From Selaginella moellendorffii (taxonomy: Eukaryota > Plantae > Lycopodiophyta): DNA of 64,000 bases. The notes beneath the pieces are model-generated. The model did no database searches. It was not told the DNA's origin and saw only the letters and a list, made by a program, of their open reading frames with translations. Shown one piece after another: positions 39,180-52,535 of this stretch (its first letter is position 1; every line of letters begins with the position of its first letter). Both the position numbers and the translations under genes were made by a program. The stretch covers positions 500,499-564,498 of the forward strand of contig NW_003314323.1 in the NCBI RefSeq assembly GCF_000143415.4, in the 5' to 3' direction.

Positions 39180-42100
39180 ATGTCTTCTCCTCCTCCAGGA
39201 ATGCGTCAGGCGTCGTCGTCCTCCGCTTCTCCTTCCGTTCCAATGGCGCTGCCCAGTGCAGCTAGCAATGCGTGCGATAGCAGCGGCGCTGGCGCCGGTG
39301 GAATCAGGTCGCAAATTCATGTCGACGGCAATCTGGGAGCTCTGTGCGAGCACATTCAAGCTCAGGGCTGGAATTCCAGGGCATTCTCAGATATTGTGGT
39401 TCATGCCATGGGATCCACATTCTATCTCCATCGCCTGCTGCTGTCGCGAAGCTCCTTCTTCAGGTATTGCGAGGGTTTCTTCGTACTTGGTAGCGACTGC
39501 GTGTTTTGTGTTTGTTTGTAAGAAATATGCTCCAGGGACCATGGAAGGAAGCCAGTGCTACCGAAGTGAAGCTCCAAATTGACGACGAGAACGTAAATGC
39601 CGAGGCAGTGGCGACTGCTCTGAGTTATTTATATGGCCATCAGCCGAGACTAGACGATGGAAATGCCTTTCGCGTGCTTGCTGCCGCGTCGTTTCTAGAC
39701 TTACAGGTGAAAGAAAGAAATATTCTAGTCGATTTCTGACGAGGCAAAGTATCATGTGTTTGCAGGATTTATGCGCCTTTTGCACAGATTTCATTATTTC
39801 CGAGCTCTGGACTGAGAACTTCTTGTCGTACCAGGTGCGTGCGACTAAGCTTTTGTCGTTCGCGGCGCAAGCTAGTAATATGTGTTTGCGTTTTTTTCGT
39901 AGGCCTTCGCAGAGACGCAAGATTATGGTATCCACGGAGAGCGCGTCCAGAAGGCGTGCTGGGGATATCTGTGCCGTGGTGCTGCAGTCGAACTTCGAGA
40001 GGTTGGTGACATTCATTTCACGAAATAGATTTTTGTTTTACACTGCTCCGCTGCTGCAGATTCTTCCAAAACTTTCAGCTCAAACTCTACGTACGTTATT
40101 AACGTCTGACGAGCTCTGGGTTCCTAGCGAAGAGAAAAGGTAGCACATAAATCGCAGCAGCAGCTCTGATAGCTGACGTCTTGGTTTTCGGTTTAGGTTC
40201 GAGCTAGCATTGAGTGTGCTCATTGCTAGAGGTGTTGTTACGGAGATTGATTCGTCCTCCATTTCGGATGAACTCTCGGAAACAGGTCTTGGAGACACGT
40301 CCTCGGACGTGTATGTTATGCCGTTGAGGACCGAAGAAACAGGTGGTTCATACCAAGCCGAAGCTCATCAAAACAACGAGGGCGACGTCGTCCAAGCCAT
40401 TCAAAGCATCATCTTGGAGATGGTGGATACAGCCACAACTGCCAAAGAACAGGTCACTCGTGGCTCGAGCTTGGGTTTGGAGGCAAATATTACAGGTAGA
40501 ATGGAGGCTGCTCGGGAAGAGTTTTGGAAAGGTGGTGGCGGCGAATGTTCGTCCTCAACAAAATCTTCTTCCCATAACTGGGCTCGTCCGTCCCCATCTT
40601 GGGGTGGACGATTGGTTGGGCGAAAATCAATGAAGGCTTACCCAAACAGCGACTGGACCAACAACGACGAATGGGAAACGTTCATAAGCGTTTTTGAAAG
40701 TGGAGGGATACACTATTGTCACATGCCTTTTGAGGACTTGCTAGACTCAAGAGCTCGTCTCGAAGAGCTGGGATTTCCTTGCAAGTCCGTTGCCGACGGG
40801 CTTTGGTTACAGGTATGTCTTTCTTAAGTTGGAAGTTTTACATCTATATGATATGAGACTTGTTGTCATTGTTGCAGACACTTCTCAGGCAACAAGTCTT
40901 GTCCGTTGCCGCGGATACGTGCAAACTCTGCAGCGTTTCTCTCGCTTTATGCCAGTGCAGGCAGTCGTATGTCTATCCACCACACGGTCGAATCTCGACG
41001 CCTATTCCTTACCGGGAAGAGCAAGACAAAAGCCAAGTTTTAGGAATTCATCCGCTGCCCGAGAATCAAAACTTGCCTGCTGCATCGAACGGGCAAGCCA
41101 GAGTCCATGTCAGAGGAGGCATGGACGGCCTCGCTGGTATCGGTCGCAATGGTACTACATGGCCGCCAGCTCGTATAATGTTTTCGAGAGTACCTTTCCC
41201 TGGTCCACACAGGGGGAACCAACAGCAGCAGCTCATAGCAAACGATCAAGCGGTTGACTACACGGCAATGGATTTGCCAACTTATTCTGTGGATGGCTTG
41301 AATATGGTGGTCGGACTGAGCCAGGGGATGAGCAGCGTTCCAGTTCAGTCAGATAACAATGGCCGGCCAGAGGATCAAACGCTTCAAAGATCAGTGACCG
41401 GAGAATCCGTCAATTCTGAGAAGCTTGATGTTCAACTGGCCTCAAGAGAGATTGGCCAGGGGTCGTCAACAATATCCCTGGATTTGCGAACGCCTTTGCG
41501 AAGTTTCCCTCCATTTCGCTTCGGGTACGTACTGAAATGCCATTTGTATTGATCTGATGGCTTTGCTTGTCGCAGGGTAGAGTTTGATGACGTGCAGAGA
41601 CTAACAGATGGACAGTCGAAGCACTCACCTGAAGTGTTTTATGCGGGCTCGCTTTGGAAGGTACCCTCCGTTCGCTTTTTCCTCTTGAGCTTAATTTAAT
41701 GACAATGAACTTTTGCATGGCTCAGGTGAGCGTTCAGGCTTTTAATGATGAAGACCCACGCTGCAGGCGAACACTCGGTATGTTTTTCATGTCTATAAGG
41801 GCCTACAAGCTCTGATTGTTTTCAATCTTCAGGATTGTTTCTACATCGGCGGAAAGCGGATGATTCTGGACCTTTTAGAAAAGTAGAAAGTACAGCCGGA
41901 ATTCTTGCTTCTAATGAATGTGCTTGTCTGTGCAGGTTTCTCTTTACATAGACACGAGAGAAAAGGTGACAGCACGGTATCAGGCAAGTGAAGAAACATT
42001 CTTGTTTTCTTTCCAAAAAACTTACATCTTTTGCCTTTTCTTTCAGTTGATATGTCCTGCAAAGCGAGGTGTTATGACTTTAGGCAGCCTAACCCAAGGA

Positions 42101-42238
42101 GGCACACTTCTCCCCAAAGCTCCCAAAGGCTGGGGTTGGCGAACGGCGTTCCTATTCGATGAACTTGTGGATCTTCTTCAAGGAAACACGTTCCGAGTTT
42201 CAGCGGTGGTGCAAGTCGTGGCCAGCCAGTACGTCTGA
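39180..42238 (+). CDS. BTB/POZ (+BACK-like) domain protein with a C-terminal MATH/TRAF-like region; multi-exon
   Basis: BTB motifs FSDIVVHAMGSTFYLHRLLLSRSSFF and VLAAASFLDLQDL; LTSDELWVPSEEKRFEL; HSPEVFYAGSLWKV; GWGWRTAFLFDEL. Short introns. Confidence 0.9.
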
Positions 42239-42594
42239 GAAGAACTTTTATAGTAAGTCATGGAACTCCCTTTTATTCACTGGCTGATGCCGTGTGACAC
42301 TGGGCGCTTTTTATTTATAATGCAGGGAATGTGGGCTGTTCACTATTTGACGGAGCAAAACCTGCGTAAGTTTTATATCGCTTGTTTCTAAGTTAAGTCT
42401 CAGATGCGATCAATAGCCGGGCTGTTGGGCGCCCTGTTTTGGACAGATCTAGGGCTCTATGAGGTTGCTGGACGATAGAAATGGAGCCTCATGAGAATCC
42501 AAGAGCGACAGGGAAATAGAGCAGGGAAGAGCAATGCTGGGATCCAGCTAGAAGTTTTCTACTTGGCTGGGAGGAAGGAGGATTACAATTCAGC

Positions 42595-44594
42595 ATGGAA
42601 GATGAGCTTTCAGGCGACTTGCTGGGCAACGTCTTACGACCACCTTCACTGCGCGTTAGCAGAAGTTCGAGGACCAGCCGATCAGTTTCAAGTCCTCATG
42701 GGTCTCCATCGTTCAGGAGGCAGCATTCTCTGACCGTGAGGACTCCAAGGAAGGATGAAGACTCCAGTTTACTGTTCCGGTGGTTTTACTGGTTGCCGAG
42801 ATATTTCAATCGGAGGTTACCGTGGGTGTTTCTCATCGCACTTTGGGTCTTTCTGGTTTTTAAGGTGTACTCTAAGGATCCGGCCACAATTGAGAACGTG
42901 ATAGCGGAAGATGGTGAGGAATTGAGACGACATGTTGCATTGAGGAGTCGAAGTGACGAGAATTCCGTGAAGTCGGGGCTGTCGAGACTGGCTAGAGATT
43001 GGATCTGGCTGGGCTACATGAAGAAGAACAGGACCGCTCCTCTTTTGCCAGGGACTGCTCAAGTCGAGTCTAATATTATCGAGCACCGAAGGACTTTCCA
43101 GTACATACAAAATTCGTCCGACATGAATTTCAAGAGGTTTCAAGCTCTGCAATCTGGAGATTACTTTCTTGGTAGAGTTGTCGGCCCTTACGACGAATTG
43201 GAACAGAAGTTTCTGGGAATGTCGACCGAGAAGAAGACACCAGCTCGAACATGCAGCTCAGACGAAGGCCGTTTCAAGGAGTTCGCGAGCGGCAAACGTG
43301 TAGTCGTGCTAATGCACGAACTCTCGATGACTGGAAGTCCTCTGGCAATGATGGAGCTTGCGAGCGAGATAATTGGTTGCGGTGGAAAAGTCTCCGTGGT
43401 GGTTCTTGATAGAAGAGGTGGTCTACTAAACGAGCTCGTTCAAAGAAGAATTCCCGTTCTGGCAGACAAGGCAGCAAAGAGCTGGAGGGCAGCAGCAAAG
43501 GCCGATCTCGTCATCGCTGGCTCAGCTCTATGTGCCTCATGGATTGGTACGATAAGCTTGCAGTTTATGACTCGCGGGGTTGACTGACGTATGCATGTAC
43601 AGGAGAGTACCTCAGATATCACAAGAAAGGAGCTAGCAAAGTTGTCTGGTGGGTGATGGAAAACCGCCGGTTGTACTTCGATCGTTCGAAGCAGATTCTT
43701 GGTAAAGTCCGGGCACTGGTTTTTCTCTCCAAGACCCAAGCAGACCAATGGAGAGAATGGAGCAGGGGAGAGAACATAAGCCTCCCTTCATTGACGACTA
43801 TCGTGAGCCTGTCAGTAAACGATGCCGTTCTCTCCGCAGCAGGGATAGACGACGCACTGAAGATGGCAAAGCTGAGGGAAGAGGTGAGAAAAGATCTGGG
43901 CTTGAAACCGGACGACGTACTTCTTGCTACGTTGAGCAGCATCAATCCAGGGAAAGGACAGCTTATAGCTCTATATGCGGCTGCGAGTGTGATGGAGCAA
44001 AAGATGAATCAGTCCACGGCGTCGAATCTCAAGCTTCTCATTGGATCAGTCGGTTCTAAGAGTAACAAGCAGGAGTATGTCGAGAAGATGCTGAGCTTTC
44101 TACACCAGCATCCAGCGCTAGCAGACTCCGTTTTGTGGACTCCAGCAAGTGTGTCAGTTTCGGCTCTATACGCTGCAGCCGATGCGTACATCATGAACGC
44201 ACAGGTTCGTCATATCTGTAGTTCCATCTTATAAATGGTGCTTGTTTGCAGGGCATAGGAGAAACTTTTGGTAGAGTTACTGTCGAAGCCATGGCCTTTG
44301 GATTGCCAGTAAGCTCTTTCTGCTACCTTAGCTAGTGAGCTTGCTAACTCTGTTTGCTAGATTTTGGGGACGGATGCGGGTGGAACCAAAGAGATCGTAG
44401 ACGCAAACGTCACTGGCCTTCTCCATCCCGTGGGAATCAAAGGCGCGCAAGCACTTGCTCAGAACGTTCTAGTTTTACTGAGGAGTCCCGCTTTGAGAAA
44501 GCAAATGGGTGGGAAAGGCAGGGACAAAGTTAAAGAGCTTTACACACAGGCGGCAATGTACGAGAAGTTAGCTGGAGTATTCACGAATTTGTAA
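42595..44594 (+). CDS. Glycosyltransferase family 4 (Glycos_transf_1), type II membrane protein; 4 exons
   Basis: Transmembrane segment; HELSMTGSPL; LSSINPGKGQ; GETFGRVTVEAMAFGLP; GTDAGGTKEIV. Confidence 0.92.
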
Positions 44595-44687
44595 CCTTCT
44601 TCCAGTGACGTACCGTGCATAATAGTATGACCTGTTGTTTTTTTTTTCTTAGTATTGGACTGTGTGTAGGTTAAGTCGAGTAAAGGG

Positions 44688-46788
44688 ATGGGAGATCGCC
44701 ACCAAGAAGGTGGGTGTTTGGAATTCTATCCGTTCTAATGTTTCAGCTGTTTGATCTGTGCAGTGGTGAAGTTTTTTGGTGCAATTCCCTGGTTACAGCA
44801 GCTGTCTGAAGCCGATATTGTCAAGGTTGCTCGAGCTGTTTCTCCTAAACGATTTGGTATGTCACAAAACCGTGTTCTTCATGAATCGATCATATTTTTA
44901 TAGGAGCTGGAGAAGTGATCGTCCACAAAGGCACGACCGGTGATGGCTACTATTACGTCTGGAAGGGACAAGTGAGCTTCTTCCCTCTTTCAAGTTATCA
45001 TTTTCAAAGTCCTGCCTTGACACAGGCTGTCGTCGCGTCTACTATCGACTCAGCTGAGTGCGTACTAGGAAATGGGCACTACTTCGGAACAAGTGCGTTT
45101 TCGAGATGTTTCTTAAGGCGCTCATGTGGGTTCCCTTCATTTGCAGTTGGCTTCGATTCCGAGGACATTCTTGAGACAACTGTTGCTGCTCGGGACGAGG
45201 TTGGTTTCTGTATTACCTCGGTTTTTTTCTTACAGGAATTTTTTATTGCAGGTCATATGCTTAGTTCTCTACCATACAGATATTGCACTTTTGTTTCCGG
45301 ATTATTTATGGAAGCAAGGCTTAACGGTGGAACGTATGTTGCGGCTTGAAAACTTGGAAGTAAGTGCTTTCCTTGCGTCTGCCTTCTCAAATTACACATC
45401 GACTGTAGGAGGACTGCTGGCAAGGAAATAATTTGGAAGGAGCACCATGCGGGGTTTTATTCGGCCCGAAGGGGCAACCTCCTCGAAAAGTAATGTTTGG
45501 TGGACAGTTTGTTGGTCAGGTATGATGCCATGCTCTGCGTACATGAGGAAGGTTTTGCAACTTTTTCTACAGGCTCTAGCTGCAGCTGTGAAGTCCGTGG
45601 AACCATCCCTATCAGTTCACAGCCTTCATTCATACTTTCTCTACGTTGGGGATTTTTCTTGTAAGTGTTTATAATGCTTGGGTCTAGAAATGTCCCTCTG
45701 TCGACGTGTTTCAGTGCCAGTTTCTTACAAAGTGGAAAAAATTCGAGACAGCCCGGCCTTCGCGACTCGAAATGTGACTGCAATCCAGAGAGGCCGAAAA
45801 GTTTTCACTTTGTTGGCGTCATTTCAGGTGAGGATGCAGTCAGCTTTGAAAATAACATTCTTTGATTTCTTGTAGAGACAAGAAGAGAGTATCACGTACC
45901 AGGATCCTATGCCTCATACACCAGATCCAACTCGGGTTTGTGCTTGTGCTTTATTTGTTCTTTTATCCCTGAAAGCTGTAAAAATGTAGCTCCGGTCCCA
46001 CGAACGGACAACGCTGTCGCAACTAGGTGATCCAAGAATTCCCATGTAAGACTTTATTTCCATGTAAGACTTATTGACAAAATTTTCGTTAGGAAAATGA
46101 GGGAAAATCTTGCCCTTTATCCCATGAAAGTTCATCCATTAGATGTTCGGCAGTGTGAGCCAAACAACCATATAAGTCCACGAAATTTAGAACCAAGGTA
46201 CTTCATTGCTCTTGTGTATTTATCTGTTTATATTTGTTCATACAGCCAAAACCTCTGGCTTCGCTGTAAAGAAAGGTTGCCAGACGATCAAGCATTGCAT
46301 CGGTGAGGTACTTGAAAACTTAAAACTTCTCTTTACGTTTCATGTATCAGGTGTGTTGTGGCTTATGCGTCTGACTGGATGTTCGTCCAAACGGTCTTAA
46401 GGCCTTACGAAGGAGACAGGCGGGCGAAGTACCGTCTATTGAGCCTAGACCACTCGTAAGCAAAGAGTGCTTCTAACAATCACATTCTTCATTCAAGCTT
46501 TACAGGATGTGGTTCCATAAAGATATCAAGGCAGACGAGTGGCTACTTTTCCAGGTTCAGTGCCTAATGGTATGTTTTCGTGGTATAAACATCTCTTCAC
46601 AGATCACAAGTCCACGAGCAAGCGGCTCCAGGGGCCTAGTGATTGGACATATGTACAATCAGTCAGGCGAGGTTGGTTTGTAACTTCAAGCTTTGACATA
46701 TTTCTTCACTTTGTTTTTGCTGCAGCTGGTGGTAACGGCCGTCCAGCAAGGTCTCGTCAGGCCACAAAATCTTAGCTCCAAGTTGTGA
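44688..46788 (+). CDS. cNMP-binding-domain acyl-CoA thioesterase II (ACH2-like), peroxisomal
   Basis: N-terminal cNMP domain; VFGGQFVGQ; HSLHSYF; LSLDHS; WFH; C-terminus ...PQNLSSKL* (PTS1). Confidence 0.9.
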
Positions 46789-47077
46789 CAGGAGAGGACA
46801 GTTTTAATTCTCCAGGAGCTCCCGTAGTTGCACAACCATTTAGACACCAATTTAGCTAACAGTTTTCTTGGTGAAGGTTTTCTGCCATTTTATATTCTTG
46901 GCTTCTTGAATTCGTTGTAGCTTCCTGATATCTTTTGAAAGGGTGAGTTTTGTTTGGTATTCACATTGCTCGTTCGTAGACGCTGATGGAACAGCAAGGC
47001 CAGGTTCGAATTAAAAATTCTACTGTGATTTATACCGTGCTTGACCTGGTCTATTGACTATCTTTAGGCTGAAGGCT

Positions 47078-47717
47078 ATGGTGAAAGGGGCGCTCGAGGT
47101 GCATCTCCGGGGAGCTACCGGCATCAAAAACACAGATTTCCTTAGTATCGGTGACTGATCTTGCCTTCCTTTGTTTGCTGAACTTCTATCTGACACAGAG
47201 AAATGCGATCCCTATGCTATCCTGACTTGCTGGAGGCAGAGATTTCAGAGCACCACTGCAAAGAGTAAGCCAACTAGCTCCCTGTTCTTCTTACGATATA
47301 AACTTGATTTGCAGGACAAGGCTCCAACCCGATTTGGAACCAGAAGTTTCTGTTCGTGGTTGAAGACGGAGTGAGCGAGCTTTTTATCAAGCTGTATGAT
47401 GAAGACAGATTTACTGGAGACGACTTTATTGGCAGTGCTAAGTAATGTCTTAGAATCTTGTCTTCGGATTGTTCATGAGTTTCCTTTTGAATTTTCAGGG
47501 TGCCACTGAACAGAGTCCTGTCTGAGCTTGATCATCCGCTGGCATCCTACAATGTTATTCGACCATCCGGCAAGGTCAAGGGAGAAGTCATGGTTGCATT
47601 GAAATTTACTCCAAAGGTAAGAAGGCATTACAGAGGCAGTCACTCGTTTTTAACTTGAAACTGCAGCAGGAAGAGGATGAGGGAAGCTCTGCTTTTGAAG
47701 AAAACACATGCATGTAA
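47078..47717 (+). CDS. Small C2-domain protein (elicitor-responsive ERG-like)
   Basis: MVKGALEVHL...DPY...GSNPIWNQKF...YDEDRFTGDDFIG; 5 short exons. Confidence 0.88.
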
Positions 47718-47781
47718 ATAAAGGTGTTCAATTCCGTTCAAATTTTCTACTTGACTTCGCTTCGTTTCCCCCCAACATTTT

Positions 47782-49056
47782 CTACTTGACTTCGTTTCTC
47801 TTCTCCTCGGCAACTGCAATCAGAACTCTTTTCATCACCTCATAAACTGCAAAAGACACTGCCGTTGGTGGCACAATCTGGAGCAAGTCGAGCTCGAGTC
47901 CTCGGTACAAGCCTCTGAATCCTTCGCGAGCAGACACAGCTCTCAAAACGTCCCAGGTGCTGGAGAAGTGCAAGGCGGTGTTAGGAACAGCACTCAAGCT
48001 CAACTCCTTCCTTGCCAGCTCCAGGGGGTACGTCAAAGTCGTGGATAAAGCTCCAGCAGCAGCTCCAATCGCGAGTGAGGCCACAACTCCGATGTTTTTG
48101 GTTGCGGGATCTAAGAACTTGTTTTTCAGGGCCTCGTAGGCGTAAAACTCGGCAGCTGCGCTGGGAACCATCCGCAGAAGCTCGGGCCCCAGCCCCGTGT
48201 ACAAGCCTCGGACACCTTCCTCGCGAAGAACTTTACCAAAAGCCGAGAAAGTTGACGAGTAATCTTCTGGCTGGACAAAAAAGAAAGGTCAAATGGAAAC
48301 AGTGCAAACGCAGGTGAGGAAATCTCAAGAGGAAGTGGACTTACTTGTAGCATCAACCGGTCCTGGATAGTGTTGAAGGGATACGTAGCGAGCAGGGAAG
48401 TCACAGCAGAGAGAGCTCCCGAAAGTGTGGAAATGGAGACCTCTCGCGGCAGCAGTGGAACAACCTTGGGATCTCTGGCGTGTCTTCTCTCCTCGCTCCT
48501 CTTGACGGACTCAAAGGTGAGGAACTGGACGCCCCTCTTGAGCGACCCAATGAAGATCATCATCATCCAGCTAGAGAGCGAGGCCGGGAAGAGGCCGAGA
48601 ATGCCTCCAGGCTTCTTGGACAAGTTGGTTAGGACTTCCGGCGTGGAGGTTCCTCCTCTCCGAGCGATCACTCGCGTTTTAGCCACCCCGAGTGGAGCAC
48701 ACGACGCCGAAGACACCGCCCCTGCTATGGTGCCGCAGATGAGCTATACGGAGATCAAAAACGATGAAGAAGAGCTTCCAAGTAAGTCTACAAGCTTCTA
48801 TGTTCTTTAAGCAAGTTTTTTTTTTTTTTTTCTCCCTTACATGTTTCAAGGCGAGGCTTTTGACGAATCCCAGAAATGGAACTGTGGTTTCCGGAACGGG
48901 AATGCGAAGCTGCTGAACAGTCTCCTTGGGATCCTGTCGCGAAGAAAAGAGTGACGAAAAGCTAAGGAAAGCTACGCTTACTTTGTTCCCATCGCTCCAG
49001 GTGCTTCCAATGCTCGCAAGGCACAGAAGCGCTGCATTGTAGCCTCCAGACCCCAT
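47782..49056 (-). CDS. Mitochondrial carrier family protein (BT1/adenine nucleotide transporter-like); 4 exons
   Basis: Three carrier repeats with Px[DE]xx[KR]-like signatures (PLGVAK, PFNTIQDR, PLELARK) and EGxRGLYxG motifs. Confidence 0.88.
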
Positions 49057-49322
49057 TGTGCTGTGGAGTTCTCTGTCTCGCACTTCTAATTTTTCGAAGT
49101 TTCTCGCCCCAGATGAAAGCGCTTTGGGCAGTTCCAACGATCGACAAGTGTTCCGAAATACGTGGCCAGATAAAGTCTGTAAAATCCACGTAATGTAATC
49201 GGGTTTACGAACCTTTTGTACTAACTTTGCAACAAAAAAAAAAAAGAAAACAGAAGAAAAAATAAATGTTGGGAAAAAAAAGAGGAACTTTTGGTTGCAA
49301 AGAAAGAAAGAGATGGCACAAT

Positions 49323-50130
49323 TTAGTCGTAGGGGATTTGCATGTAGGCCGCATCCGAGATGAAGGGAATGTCGGCGTACATCCCCATGATGGCGCAGCG
49401 GATAGTCTCGAGCGTGGTCAAGAAGTAGGTCCAAAACACCGCCAGCCAAAAGTGTGCGCCAATCTTCCCCCAGTAGATCCCATGCGGGATCCAGTCGTTG
49501 AGCGTGCCCATCACCTGCAAGATGATCTCCAGCAGCATCCCCGTGACGACGTGGAAGCGGAAAAAGTGCGGCCAGACGTTGCGGCGCACGATGCCGAGGT
49601 AGGCGACGAAGAAGTAGGCGAGGAGGAACCACGAGGGCAGGCGGCCCAGCAGGCGGAGCACCGGGTACGTCCAGAACTCGTACTGCTCGATGAAGCAGTG
49701 CAGGTTGTAGGCGGTCTCGGCGTACATCCACGACTCGCACAGCGGCATGATGTACGGCACCAGCGCCAGCAGCCGCCAGTACCACGCCGGCTTGCCCTGC
49801 ATTGGCGGGAAGCCCTTGAACGCCGGCACGTCCTCGGGGCTCTTCTGGGCCCTCGTTCTCGTCGTGGGCGATGGCGGCGGTGATGCTCTCCTCCTCCCCC
49901 TCCTCCAGCCTCCACTGCCCAGCAATCCACCACTCAGTCCAGCTCTCGCTGCCCGGATGGACAACCCGCGACTTGCTGGGAAGAAGAGGCCGTGAGATGA
50001 AATGCGGGGTCCCTGGAGCAAGAGAGCTTTGCGTTTACGTACCTGGAGGTGGCACCGCGGTCCTTGCCCAGAGTGAGCTCCTCCCGGCGAGGAAGGAGCA
50101 CTGGGCCGCGCAGCCCACTGCCGCGGCCAT
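49323..50130 (-). CDS. TIC20: Chloroplast inner envelope translocon TIC20 (group I); one 67-nt intron in the transit-peptide region
   Basis: FPPMQGKPAWYWRLLALVPYIMPL...WPHFFRFHV...YADIPFISDAAYMQI. Confidence 0.93.
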
Positions 50131-50649
50131 AACGAGCCCTAAAACATGTGATGACGTGTAGACCGACCCTAAAAACACACGTGGCTTCGAAAATTACTTT
50201 GAAATATAGTTTAACCTTTTCTTTCTTTATTTCTCTTTTCCTAGGGAGATATCATAGTTAAGCTCGCTCATTGGCACTTTAGGTGCAAGAAATCGAAGGG
50301 ATTTTAGTTACTCTGTCTGTTTTTTTTTTTATACTTTGTGAAGAACATGATTGAGTTGAGTAGATTGATTTTGCTTCTAGCGACTTCTTCCATGGTTGGT
50401 GTGGTAAGCTCTAGTATGTTTGAAATTTATAGAGATTCCTCTTGTGCTACTGTTGTAATGACTCTATCAACGCTTAATCAGTGTTTTTCTGTTGTACCAT
50501 TTTTCGGATACAAGTAATTGCCCTCTTTTTACACATTTGTTCTAAGCAGTGCTAATGTGTAATTGCATTATGCAGTTTTATTTTCACTAATGAGTCTGGA
50601 ATCTTGTTTTCTGAAGCAAATTGTTCAAGTGGGTTTACTACTTTGACTA

Positions 50650-51845
50650 ACAATACATCAGTATGTGGCTCAACAAAAGCAGCCTCTCTAGGAATTTTTT
50701 CACAAGATCTTGACAAGTTAAACCTGTATGTTATTTAAAGGTGTAGATTTAACTTTCAGCTGTTTTTCTTTTAATGACTCTAATCAAACTAAGGTCTTAA
50801 TTTGAAACTACTTACATCCTTAAAAAGTATCATATTCAATCCAAGGTGCCATTTGCCTATTGAAGTTCTAGTTTCTGCTATACAGCCCCAACCAAACAAG
50901 TCCAACGGCACCTCTTCTTGGCCATAGCTAAGCATCACCATATTCCAGGACACAATGTTGTACTGAGGCGTCTGCTTGAAAACCATCCAAGAGCGATCTA
51001 GCCACCACACTTCTCAATATCTCTCGATCAACTCAAATGTTTTAGGATGTTAGATGGATACGCATTTGATCTGACAACATGGGACCTGATGTTGTGGTGA
51101 CTTTAAAAATGTTTATCTATCTATCAATTTATCTATCTTATACTATAATGATATTTGTTCAAGTTTAGAAGACTTTTTCGTTGATGTATAATTTTACTAT
51201 CATACTAACCACGTGATTCCATTCTGAAATGACGACTTAGCTCAACAAAAACAGCCTCCTAGATTTGACCAAGAATCTGTCAAATTTTATGACGAAGTTA
51301 AACCTGTATGTCATTTAAAGGTGTATGTGTTTTTTCAAATCAAAATAGCTTAATATTGATATGATTATCTTTTAAAATTAATTGATATCCTCCTTCAAAA
51401 ATATGATATTGAACGCAAGGTGCATTTGTCTAAGTTTGGAAGCATTATACTATAGCAACATTTATTTAATTTTAGAATACTTTTGTTGATATTATCTACA
51501 ACCACTATTAAGATCTTTATAAATGATTCTATTCTGATGTGACAAGTGACATGATTGATACATCAGTATCTATCTCAACAAAAGCAACCATCCTAGGACT
51601 TATTTCAGAAGATTTTACTAAGAATAAGTCAAATTCTATGACAACTTATTTTAATTTGAAACTATTTAATCTTATTAGCTTTCAAAATTAATTGATATCT
51701 TATTATATTCAATGCAAGGTGCTCTTTGTCTAATATAATGACATTTACTCAAGTTTATTTGTTGATATATAAATTTATACTATCCAAAATCAACCACCAT
51801 AAGATATTTATAAGTGATTCCATCTCAAGTGATAAGTGACATAAT
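50650..51845. repeat. Three degenerate tandem units (~300-600 bp); one carries a minus-strand PPR fragment (50890-51005)
   Basis: ctcaacaaaa-cagcctc-ctag recurs at ~50668, ~51241 and ~51574. The fragment reads VFKQTPQYNIVSWNMVMLSYGQ. Confidence 0.65.
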
Positions 51846-51929
51846 TGATTTAATTAAGAAAATTTCAAATTTTGAGAGTTTCAATTCTTAAATCTTTTTT
51901 TAATTCAAACATTAAAGTATATTTAAAAC

Positions 51930-52535
51930 TTTGGTGTTGCAATTCAAAATAATGTGCTGGTGACTAGTGAATCTTCTGAAAGTCAATTACAATACTATAA
52001 TAATATTTTTGTATTTTTATAGATAATAAAGCTCAACTCTGGATGAATTAAAATGGTTCCAGAGTTTAAAGAAAAGGATAAAATAAATATTTAATAAAGA
52101 TAAAATGACTTGGTAATAAAATCTAACAGTAATGCTTATAGTGAAAGAATTTTATAAATGGGAGAAAATATAAATAATAACATAAACTTGTAAAATGAAT
52201 GATTTTGAATTTTTAATGGAGAATATTGTAGTAAGGATATTTCAATTAATGTCCTCAGAATTTACAGATGAGAAATAGATGAATTATTAACAATAATAAC
52301 ACACATTTTAAAAGCTTTTATATCTATTTATGAGCCTTCTATACATAACATTTAGGTTCTGATATTTTAACACTTTAATATTAACTTCTACTCTAATAGA
52401 AATTTTAAGCATTTCAGTATTGAAATTTATAGTTTTATATTTTACATTTCTTAGAAAAACTTACATTTCATAGCAAGTAACACCAATAATTTTTATATAT
52501 AACAAGAAGTATTAATTGAAAATGTATGGCACATA
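51930..52535 (-). pseudogene. Probable third, heavily decayed member of the unknown-domain + lectin family
   Basis: Colinear peptides SIKNSKSF, FTISITVRF and LNSGTILIHP resemble SVRNARAL, YTLRITPRY and LNAGEFLVHL of the 34456-35376 gene. Confidence 0.4.

Noticed and set aside
47743-47796. 17-bp direct repeat at the carrier gene stop codon
   Set aside because: A small local duplication with no evident function.
48679-49785. 368-aa minus-strand ORF bridging TIC20 and the carrier gene
   Set aside because: It is an alternative frame of the GC-rich TIC20 running through intergenic poly-T and carrier introns.
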